This document shows positions 57,329 to 64,000 of a stretch of DNA of 64,000 nt, piece by piece. The notes below the pieces were generated by a model. That model ran no database searches. It was not told where the DNA came from and worked only from the letters and a program-made list of their open reading frames with translations. Made by a program: the position numbers and the translations under genes. Every line of letters starts with the position of its first letter. The stretch's first letter is position 1. This DNA comes from Bacteroidales bacterium (GTDB lineage Bacteria > Bacteroidota > Bacteroidia > Bacteroidales > VadinHA17): assembly GCA_025454815.1 (NCBI GenBank), contig JALONR010000007.1, positions 2,445-66,444 of the forward strand. Reading direction: 5' to 3'.

Positions 57329-58543
57329 TCAGATGTAATCAATGGAGACCTGCTTCAGCCACTTATCCTCGAGGATGCGGGCAATACGCTTTACCACCGT
57401 TCGCCTTATTTCGAGGTCAACCGGCAGTGTCGGGTCCTGGTGGGCCACATTTATCCGGGTACCGACAAGGAAGTTGATCTCGTCGCTTTCCATTATCAGT
57501 TTTACTATTTTGTCTGCTGGCCCCTTGCCCAGCTTGACGCTGTTTTTGTAACCCTTGACAAGTTCATTTACCTTCTGCAGGGTCAGGATACCCTCTGTCA
57601 CCAGGTCAACCCCCTCCATGAAGCTTTCAGGCGGCAGGTCCGGGTCTTCGAATATCAGTTCGTCAACTATCTTTCGGTTCAGTTCCCGGGCTACAATATC
57701 GGCCGTGGTTCCTCCGCACAGTATCACTTTCCCCTTGTATCCGGTCACTTTTTCAGCCAGTTCCCTATCCTTTTCCTCATCATACGGAGGACCGGTGCAA
57801 ATTAGCAGCTTGCGGGGCTCCCTGAAATAGAGTATTGCGCATGAGATGTCGTCTTTTGCCTCGTAGTTGTCATGCTTGTAGGCCATGTTTACAATCTTGG
57901 CCGCCAGGGTGGAGGCTGAGATGGAGGGTTCACTGGCAACCAGTGAGGCGGCATACTGCTGTACGTTGTCACGTTCCCAGCCCAGCGGCCATGCGGCAGA
58001 TCCCATGCCGCTCTGTGCAACGCCGTCGGAGAGCAGGATTATACGGTCTTCCTTGGCAGGGTAGAAGGTGCACTTATGCAGACGCTTCCCGGCATTCCGT
58101 CCCTTGTCAAGCACCACATCCCTCCAGTCGGGTTCAAATGGCTGGCTCCCTCTCAGGATGATACAGCGGGGATTGTCATATTCAAGTATGTTTGCCCGGC
58201 CGTCACTTTCAATATCAACAATTGAAAAGGTGGCATAGCTGATCTTCCTTTCAGAGCAAACCGGGAGGGTGTTCATGATAATCTCCGCAATACGGTCAGG
58301 TTCCTTATGCTCACGGGTGAAGTTCAGCGACATGGTTGAGGTGAGAGTGGCCAGAATATTGGCCTTTACCCCGTGTCCCATGCCATCAGACAACACCGTG
58401 ATGATACGGTTCTCCTCGCGCACGTTCTCTGACAGGAACACATCTCCGCAGATACGCTCTCCGTGGTGGTTGCGCTGCTGGCTGTTGACCTCAATGAAGA
58501 ACTGCCTCTCCATGACTGCGGTGGCGCTACTTTCCGGGTACAT
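57329..58543 (-). CDS. PP2C/SpoIIE-family serine phosphatase with ~170-aa C-terminal domain of unknown function (hfsD-like)
   Basis: Contains GDVFLSE...ITVLSDGMGHGVKANILATL and IILLSDGV. An alternative start MERQFF at 58513 would remove the 17-nt overlap with hydS. Confidence 0.85.
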   Translation of the reverse strand: MYPESSATAVMERQFFIEVNSQQRNHHGERICGDVFLSENVREENRIITVLSDGMGHGVKANILATLTSTMSLNFTREHKEPDRIAEIIMNTLPVCSERKISYATFSIVDIESDGRANILEYDNPRCIILRGSQPFEPDWRDVVLDKGRNAGKRLHKCTFYPAKEDRIILLSDGVAQSGMGSAAWPLGWERDNVQQYAASLVASEPSISASTLAAKIVNMAYKHDNYEAKDDISCAILYFREPRKLLICTGPPYDEEKDRELAEKVTGYKGKVILCGGTTADIVARELNRKIVDELIFEDPDLPPESFMEGVDLVTEGILTLQKVNELVKGYKNSVKLGKGPADKIVKLIMESDEINFLVGTRINVAHQDPTLPVDLEIRRTVVKRIARILEDKWLKQVSIDYI

Positions 58544-60404
58544 TCTTCTTCTGTCGGAATGATTCTACAATTGAGTTGAGCATCTTCTCAGTATCGGATG
58601 CCCCTTCACCCAGCAGGAACCCTATCTTCTGAACCATCTCCAGGTTTTTGTCGATAACGTCGGATACCCTCGTTATAACCTCCTCACGCTGCACTTCAGG
58701 AGAGAAGAGGTCACGTATCACTGCCCCGGCTATCCTGTTCTGCCTGATGGGGAAGATGGATATGTTGAACATCCGGTCTTCAAGCTGAACGTCGCGGCTT
58801 ACGACCGATTCGTTTTCGCGCAGAACGAATGAGAAGATATTGTAGACATTGAACGGAAGCAGGGTCTTGAGGTCGGCACCGCGGAGTCCGGGTATGATCT
58901 CGGCGATCGCTTTTGCATCCTCACCGATTATCTCCAGGAAACGGGCATTTGACTGCAGGATTTTCAACTCATTATCTACAATTACCACCCCGTTGGGCAG
59001 TTTGTTGAGCATGCTGTTCATGGTGTCGGATGCATCCTGTGCCGCATCCTTTTCACGCATGGCCTGCTCCTCCGACTCCTTCAGGGCTTTCTTGGTCTCA
59101 GAGAGCTTTTTGTTTGTCTGCCTGAGGGTCTCAATGTACTCCTGCTTATTGCGGAGGTTGTAGGTGTGGCACATTTCGGGTACAGCCAGACCCTTGGCCA
59201 CGGTTGAAGCAAACTCCCGGCATGAGCCGTAGCCGCAGGCGTTGCAGTTGAGCTCTTCGGCACGGCTATCCTTCCCGATGATCTTCATTACCTCCATGAT
59301 GGCATCCTGTGACGGCTCCGGGATTCGCTGATCATTGGCCCTGAAACTGCGGGTCAGGTCAAGCCTCGACCAACGGTCCATATCCTTTTTCCACTGCTCC
59401 TTGTCGAGCGTCTCAACCCTCTTCTCGGCATACTGCTTGACCAGTGACCTGCGCCTGAACCGCTCATCATGCCTTATCATTCCCGGCCCGAGCATGCATC
59501 CCGGACAGAAGAAGAGGTTGAAATGGTGCCTGATTGTGTCAATATGATGATCGAAATCGCTGATGGCCTCCCTGACATCCTCGGAACCAGATGCTGTTAT
59601 CACCTGACTGGAGACAAGATCACGCTTGATTCCTGCAGCCTGAAGTATGCCGGCAGGGTAGGGGTAAAGCGCTCCCCAGTTGCCGTAGGGAGGATCAAAT
59701 TCAGCCATCTTCACGGTCTTCTCCTGTATCTCATACTCTTCAAAGAGCTGCCTGATCTCAATGAAGGTCAGGACAGCCTCCACGAGGTTCTTTTCCTGGT
59801 AGAGGGTTGCCTCGGCCTTAATGTCAATGCATGGACCTATGAATACGTTTGCCACATCATCCCCGTGGAGATCGCGGGTTACCATGGCCGTGGCCACCAT
59901 GGGAGAGACCAGAGGAGCAAGGTTTGCAACAAGGTGAGGATGGTACTTCTCAACCATCTCTACAATCGAGGGGCAGTTGGATGTAATGTAATACTTGCCG
60001 CTCGACTCCTCGAAGAGCTTCTTGTAGGCATAGGCAACCAGGTCAACACCGAAGGATACCTCATGCACATAGGTGAACCCCAGGCTGCGGATCATACCCA
60101 CAAACTTGCGGTAATCGGTTATGTCATCAAACTCCGAGGCTATGCTGGGTGCTATCAGGGCTGCTGTCCGGCGCCCTGACTTCAGTATCTGCTTGACCTG
60201 CGTGCGTGCATCCCTGAACTCAATTGCCCGGGGTGAGCACGAGAGGAAACAGAGGCCGCACCCGATGCACCTGTCAGCAATGATCACCGGATGTGCCCGC
60301 TCGGGCCTTACCTCCAGCGCATTTACCGGGCATACCCTAACACAGGAATAGGAGTTGCGGCACTTATCCTCGTTAATATATATTACCTGATCTGGTATCT
60401 TCAT
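58527..60404 (-). CDS. hydS: sensory-type [FeFe]-hydrogenase-like protein with PAS domain (HydS / HfsB-like, group C)
   Basis: N-terminal 2x[4Fe-4S] motifs; H-cluster ligand motifs TSNCP, GPCIDIK and FFCPGCMLGPG; an extra Cx2Cx4Cx16C motif (59169-59246); a coiled coil; and a C-terminal PAS-like domain. The start is set at MKIPDQVIYINEDKC. Confidence 0.85.
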   Translation of the reverse strand: MKIPDQVIYINEDKCRNSYSCVRVCPVNALEVRPERAHPVIIADRCIGCGLCFLSCSPRAIEFRDARTQVKQILKSGRRTAALIAPSIASEFDDITDYRKFVGMIRSLGFTYVHEVSFGVDLVAYAYKKLFEESSGKYYITSNCPSIVEMVEKYHPHLVANLAPLVSPMVATAMVTRDLHGDDVANVFIGPCIDIKAEATLYQEKNLVEAVLTFIEIRQLFEEYEIQEKTVKMAEFDPPYGNWGALYPYPAGILQAAGIKRDLVSSQVITASGSEDVREAISDFDHHIDTIRHHFNLFFCPGCMLGPGMIRHDERFRRRSLVKQYAEKRVETLDKEQWKKDMDRWSRLDLTRSFRANDQRIPEPSQDAIMEVMKIIGKDSRAEELNCNACGYGSCREFASTVAKGLAVPEMCHTYNLRNKQEYIETLRQTNKKLSETKKALKESEEQAMREKDAAQDASDTMNSMLNKLPNGVVIVDNELKILQSNARFLEIIGEDAKAIAEIIPGLRGADLKTLLPFNVYNIFSFVLRENESVVSRDVQLEDRMFNISIFPIRQNRIAGAVIRDLFSPEVQREEVITRVSDVIDKNLEMVQKIGFLLGEGASDTEKMLNSIVESFRQKKNVPGK

Positions 60405-60432
60405 AATCAGTAAATTAATTGTTCTGAAAGTC

Positions 60433-60735
60433 CTATACCAGCTCCTTCTCCAGGATCTTTTCAATATCCTGGACTCCTATGCCGGTAAAAGTCCTGCCGT
60501 TGATAATAATATAGGGTCCGTCACTGCAGCGGTTCATGCAGCGCGCTCCCCTGAGCACCACCTTATCATCAAGATGGTTCTTCCTCAGATAATCCCTTAT
60601 GACCTGCACCACTTCCCTGTTACCCCTTGAAAAACAGGAGCTTCCAAGGCAAATCTCAATGTTGTACGATTGTCCCAAAAGCCTGATGTTTAGTTCATAT
60701 TCACTCAAAAGTACAACAATTTCCAACGCATGCAC
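60433..60735 (-). CDS. thioredoxin-like [2Fe-2S] ferredoxin (NuoE/HydC-type, HfsA-like)
   Basis: Cx4C...Cx3C pattern (CLGSSC ... CMNRC). About 80-100 aa; the exact start is uncertain. Confidence 0.75.
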   Translation of the reverse strand: MHALEIVVLLSEYELNIRLLGQSYNIEICLGSSCFSRGNREVVQVIRDYLRKNHLDDKVVLRGARCMNRCSDGPYIIINGRTFTGIGVQDIEKILEKELV

Positions 60736-60762
60736 CCGGAAAATGCTAAATTCAGCAGTTAT

Positions 60763-60780
60763 TTGTTAATAAATTAACAA
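60763..60780. promoter_or_regulatory. perfect Rex operator TTGTTAATAAATTAACAA
   Basis: 18-bp dyad identical to the clostridial Rex box consensus TTGTTAANNNNTTAACAA. It sits in the divergent hydS / hydCBA promoter region. Confidence 0.7.
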
Positions 60781-60784
60781 TGTT

Positions 60785-60815
60785 TTTGGAATAACAATAA
60801 AAAACCATAGCTTTG
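60785..60815 (+). promoter_or_regulatory. Bacteroidota promoter (-33 TTTG, -7 TAGCTTTG) of the hydCBA operon
   Basis: TTTG at 60785-60788, a 19-nt spacer, and TAGCTTTG at 60808-60815. The ATG is at 60847. Confidence 0.55.
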
Positions 60816-60846
60816 TATTTCTCTGAAAAGTCAGATCATTTTTAAA

Positions 60847-61314
60847 ATGAGTAAGATAGATGATATTCTGAGCCGGTACAGGGAGGGAGGCCATGAAAGC
60901 CTGATACCCATCCTCCAGGATGTCCAGGAGGCTGAAGGGTATCTCTCCGAGAGTGCCATTGTAAGAATCGGCAGTTTTCTGCAGATGTCAACCACCAAGA
61001 TTTACGGGCTGGCAACCTTTTATGACCGGTTCAGGTTCATCCCGGCAGGCAAAATGCACCTGCGCATATGCAACGGAACCACATGCTTCATTAATGGTTC
61101 GGCATCGGTTGTGGCAGCCGTAAGGGATGCCCTCGGAATTGAACCGGGGCAGACCACTCGTGATGGAAGGTTCAGTTATGAGCTTACAGCATGCCAGGGA
61201 GGGTGCAATGAAGGGCCGGTGGTCTGTACCGGTGATACCTACTTCACTCACATTCGTCCCGAGGATGTACCCGAACTTATTTCCAAACTTAAAGCACTGG
61301 CTGATCTAAAATGA
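60847..61314 (+). CDS. hydC: [FeFe]-hydrogenase gamma subunit, NuoE-like [2Fe-2S]
   Basis: CNGTTC...CQGGCNEGP (Cx4C...Cx3C) pattern. 155 aa. Confidence 0.88.
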   Translation: MSKIDDILSRYREGGHESLIPILQDVQEAEGYLSESAIVRIGSFLQMSTTKIYGLATFYDRFRFIPAGKMHLRICNGTTCFINGSASVVAAVRDALGIEPGQTTRDGRFSYELTACQGGCNEGPVVCTGDTYFTHIRPEDVPELISKLKALADLK

Positions 61315-63260
61315 AAAAGAGTACAGACAACGGCCTGAAGGATTTCCTGGTCAGGGAGGTACTGTTGCACGGCTCTGATACCTTGCCGGCTGAGACAGCC
61401 CGTCGGCTGGCCGAAGTAAGGCGTGACAAGCCATCGGCACCAGTCATCTATGTGGCTTCCGGATCAGCAGCAATAATTGCAGGCGCCAACGCTACCGCAG
61501 CTGCAGCTGAACTTTACCTGGATGAGATGGGAATAATGGGAGAGGTTGTCAGGACCGGTTGTCACGGTCCTGCTGCATTTGAGCCCCTGGTTTGTGTTCA
61601 TCTGCCCGGAAAGAACAAGTTAATCTTCAGGAATATTACGGAAGATAAGATTGAACCGTTACTCAACGGGGTGTTCCATAATGATATGCCGGAGGAGGAT
61701 CTCGTGGCTCAGTCTGGCAGTTACGGATTTGAGGCATGGCATGATATACCTTTTTTGGAGGAGGTGCCTTTCTTCAGGCTGCAGAAGAGGGTGGTTCTCG
61801 GAAACTGCGGTTGTTATGACCCTGAGAGCATTGAGGAGTACATTTCACGTAGTGGTTACAGGGCCTTTCTGAAGACAATACGGAATTACACCCACGAGGA
61901 GGTGTGTGACATAGTTGAGCGCAGCGGGCTTCGAGGGCGAAGCGGCGGCGGCTTCAACACCGGGCTTAAATGGAAGTATGCCCTCAACTCGGCGTCTGAC
62001 AACAGGTACCTTATTTGCAATGCCAAGGAGAGTGACCCCGGGTCATACGCTGACAGGTCAGTGATGGAAGGTGACCCGCACAGGCTGATAGAGGGCATTT
62101 GCATTGCCTCATACGCCATAGGGGCCTCCACGGCGGTCATTTACCTGAAAACCGGGTCACCCCACCCCCTGGCACGGTTGCGCAAGGCACTCGCCGCCGC
62201 CGCTGAGTACGGCATTACAGGACACAATATACTCTCAAGCGGATTCAACCTGGAGATTATAGTCCGGGAAGAAGCAGGTGCATTCGTCTGCGGAGAGGAG
62301 ACAGCGCTGATAGCCTCCCTGGAGGGCAAGCGCGGTATGCCCGAGCTCAAACCGCCATACCCAACCACAAGCGGCCTTTACGGAAAACCCACCGTGATAA
62401 ACAACGTGGAGACACTTATGAATGTCCCCCTGATAATGTCACACGGACCTGAGTGGTTCAGGTCGATGGGCACGGAAGGGAGCAAGGGGACCAAACTCTT
62501 TTCCCTCGGAGGAAAAGGACGCTTCACCGGCCTTATCGAGGTGGAGATGGGAACAACCTTCAGAACCATTACAGAGGGGATAGCTGACGGCATCAGGGAC
62601 GGCAAGGCATTCAAGACCCTACAGATAGGAGGCCCGTCAGGCACCTTTATAACAGAAAAGAACCTCGACCTGCCTGTCGATTATGATGTCCTCAGGGCCA
62701 ACGGCATAGCCATGGGATCAGGAGGACTCATCATCATTGACGAGACCACCTGCCTGGTCGATTTCGTGAGGTATTACATGGAGTTCATTCACAGGGAAAG
62801 CTGCGGTAAATGCATCCCCTGCCGTGAAGGAACAGGCCGTATGCAGGAGATCCTTGAGAACGTAGTACGCAAGCCTCACAGCGAAGACTCCAATGCAACC
62901 CTTGAGAGGTTCAAGGGTGTAATGCAGCTTGAGACCATTGCTTCGGTGATGAAGGATACTTCGCTCTGCGGTCTCGGCCAGACAGCACCCAATCCCTTCA
63001 TCAGCGCCCTTGCCAATTACCGCGAAGAGTTTGAGGAGCATATCTTTGACAGGCGCTGCCGTGCCAATGTATGCCGCGGTCTCAGAACATTCAGCATTGA
63101 TGTTGAAAAGTGCACAGGTTGCACCGTGTGTGCCGCAAAATGCCCGGTTAATGCCATATACGGAACAAGGCTGCAGCCTTTCTTCATTGTTGAGGACAAA
63201 TGCATAGGGTGCGGTGTATGTTATGATGTTTGCAAGTTCAGTGCCGTTACAGTTAAATAA
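61311..63260 (+). CDS. hydB: [FeFe]-hydrogenase beta subunit, NuoF-like NADH/FMN-binding flavoprotein with C-terminal 2x[4Fe-4S]
   Basis: Contains GLRGRSGGGFNTGLKW, ESCGKCIPCREG and CTGCTVCAAKCP...CIGCGVCYDVC. The start overlaps hydC as ATGA. Confidence 0.9.
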   Translation: MKKSTDNGLKDFLVREVLLHGSDTLPAETARRLAEVRRDKPSAPVIYVASGSAAIIAGANATAAAAELYLDEMGIMGEVVRTGCHGPAAFEPLVCVHLPGKNKLIFRNITEDKIEPLLNGVFHNDMPEEDLVAQSGSYGFEAWHDIPFLEEVPFFRLQKRVVLGNCGCYDPESIEEYISRSGYRAFLKTIRNYTHEEVCDIVERSGLRGRSGGGFNTGLKWKYALNSASDNRYLICNAKESDPGSYADRSVMEGDPHRLIEGICIASYAIGASTAVIYLKTGSPHPLARLRKALAAAAEYGITGHNILSSGFNLEIIVREEAGAFVCGEETALIASLEGKRGMPELKPPYPTTSGLYGKPTVINNVETLMNVPLIMSHGPEWFRSMGTEGSKGTKLFSLGGKGRFTGLIEVEMGTTFRTITEGIADGIRDGKAFKTLQIGGPSGTFITEKNLDLPVDYDVLRANGIAMGSGGLIIIDETTCLVDFVRYYMEFIHRESCGKCIPCREGTGRMQEILENVVRKPHSEDSNATLERFKGVMQLETIASVMKDTSLCGLGQTAPNPFISALANYREEFEEHIFDRRCRANVCRGLRTFSIDVEKCTGCTVCAAKCPVNAIYGTRLQPFFIVEDKCIGCGVCYDVCKFSAVTVK

Positions 63261-63263
63261 GCC

Positions 63264-64000
63264 ATGCAGTTCACCATCGAAGTCAATAACAAGAGCATCA
63301 GGGCTGAAAAGGGAGAGACCATCCTCTCGGCCCTCAACCGCAACGGCATTATCATTCCCACACTCTGCCGTATGGCGGAGTTCACCCCTACCGGGGCATG
63401 CCGTATGTGTGTGGTGGAGGTTGAGGGGCGTGACAGGCTTGTCACCGCCTGCTCTGCACCCGTCGAAGAGTGGATGAAGATAAAAACCCATTCACCTCGT
63501 GTCATCAGGGCCAGGAAGACGATCGTTGAACTCCTTCTTTCGAATCATCCCGATGACTGTCTCTACTGTGACCGCAATCTTGACTGCGAGTTGCAACGCC
63601 TCTCGGATGAGATGCAGGTGAGGGAACGGCGCATCCGAGGAAGCAAGATCAAGCCCCGCCGTGACCAGTCGAGCCCGGCAATTGTCCGCGAGCTTTCAAA
63701 GTGTATCCTCTGCGGACGCTGCCTGAGGATATGCGAGGAGGTGGTCACCGCAACGTCAATAGACTTTATCGGCAGGGGTCGCTATACCCACGTTGGCCCG
63801 GCCATGGACCGCGACTTCAACTTCTCGAGCTGTATCCACTGCGGTCAGTGCGTACTGGTTTGCCCCACCGGAGCCCTGCATGAGAAGCATTATCTTGCAG
63901 AGGTGCAGGAGCAGCTCAGCCGCCATGATGTGACACGCGTTATCCAGTACTCCCCGCTGGTGCCATATGCCCTGGCCGAGGAACTGGGAATAAAATACAA
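63264..64000 (+). CDS. hydA: [FeFe]-hydrogenase catalytic subunit, N-terminal part (3'-truncated by window edge)
   Basis: My own translation from the ATG at 63264 gives MQFTIEVNNKSIRAEKGETILSALNRNGIIIPTLCRMAEFTPTGACRMCVVEVEG... This shows a 2Fe-2S domain, HPDDCLYCDRNLDCELQ, and CILCGRCLRICE / CIHCGQCVLVCP. The frame is open to the window end. Confidence 0.88.
   Translation, partial: MQFTIEVNNKSIRAEKGETILSALNRNGIIIPTLCRMAEFTPTGACRMCVVEVEGRDRLVTACSAPVEEWMKIKTHSPRVIRARKTIVELLLSNHPDDCLYCDRNLDCELQRLSDEMQVRERRIRGSKIKPRRDQSSPAIVRELSKCILCGRCLRICEEVVTATSIDFIGRGRYTHVGPAMDRDFNFSSCIHCGQCVLVCPTGALHEKHYLAEVQEQLSRHDVTRVIQYSPLVPYALAEELGIKY

Noticed and set aside
60405-60464. 20-aa Arg/Trp-rich N-terminal extension of the hydS ORF (MKRSWRRSWYRTFRTINLLI).
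   Set aside because: It overlaps the stop region of the upstream 2Fe-2S ferredoxin gene. The ferredoxin-like domain starts right after the Met at 60404.
223-63505. Many 60-255-aa ORFs antisense to or out of frame with the long genes, for example 4610-5146, 7321-7866, 15761-16528, 17265-17858, 30958-31710, 38645-39289, 59469-60179 and 62718-63491.
   Set aside because: All are fully embedded in high-confidence conserved genes (rpoB/C, activase, GRE, oxidoreductase, hydS, hydB). Their translations are low-complexity and Ser/Arg/Pro/Leu-rich, with no recognisable motifs. These are typical shadow ORFs in ~50% GC DNA.
1-64000. I looked for CRISPR arrays, tRNA/rRNA genes, IS elements, integrases, toxin-antitoxin pairs, restriction-modification or other defence islands, and prophage remnants.
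   Set aside because: No repeat-spacer structure, no tRNA-like cloverleaf candidates in the short intergenic regions, and no transposase, integrase or phage-like ORFs were recognised. This was inspection by eye only; tRNAscan-SE, Infernal and PADLOC/DefenseFinder runs would be needed for a definitive negative.

Overview
This is a gene-dense 64-kb chromosomal segment with about 44 CDS and short intergenic gaps. It has Bacteroidota (Bacteroidales-like) hallmarks: rpoB-rpoC-DUF3467 synteny, TTTG/TAnnTTTG promoter boxes, lipoprotein and T9SS/FlgD-Ig-type domains, and little Shine-Dalgarno usage. I saw no rRNA, tRNA, CRISPR array, transposase, integrase or phage genes. In order, the window holds: (1) the rpoBC operon; (2) a DUF2520-kdsC-ubiA-maf-S46 peptidase operon; (3) a 1415-aa fused BcrAD/BadFG activase plus dehydratase-like protein; (4) an hcp nitrosative-stress locus, made of a ferredoxin-like protein with an (HQ)n tract, hcp, a divergent Crp/Fnr regulator and a perfect 16-bp dyad; (5) a 7TMR-DISM histidine kinase, an M3 dipeptidase and an OadA/5S-type carboxyltransferase; (6) a glycyl-radical enzyme and activase pair behind a ~160-nt leader; (7) a malic enzyme; (8) a ROK kinase / MFS / sulfatase / TAT-oxidoreductase / HEAT-DUF1080 sugar cluster; (9) a REC / TPR-YaiO-type barrel / SPOR-HEAT / processive GT2 exopolysaccharide operon, with a convergent secreted glycosidase and a SiaC-like (DUF1987) gene; (10) housekeeping genes (SpmAB-like, YebC, DUF45, M28, metallophosphoesterase, NUDIX); (11) an hfs-like sensory [FeFe]-hydrogenase (HydS) and PP2C phosphatase module, transcribed divergently from a trimeric HydCBA bifurcating-type hydrogenase operon across a perfect Rex operator. 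The best candidates for undescribed biology are the EPS operon with its SPOR/HEAT component and the HydS-PP2C sensory module, which may be connected to the orphan SiaC-like phosphoprotein. All family calls come from reading the translated ORFs and from motif memory; none was verified by a database search.
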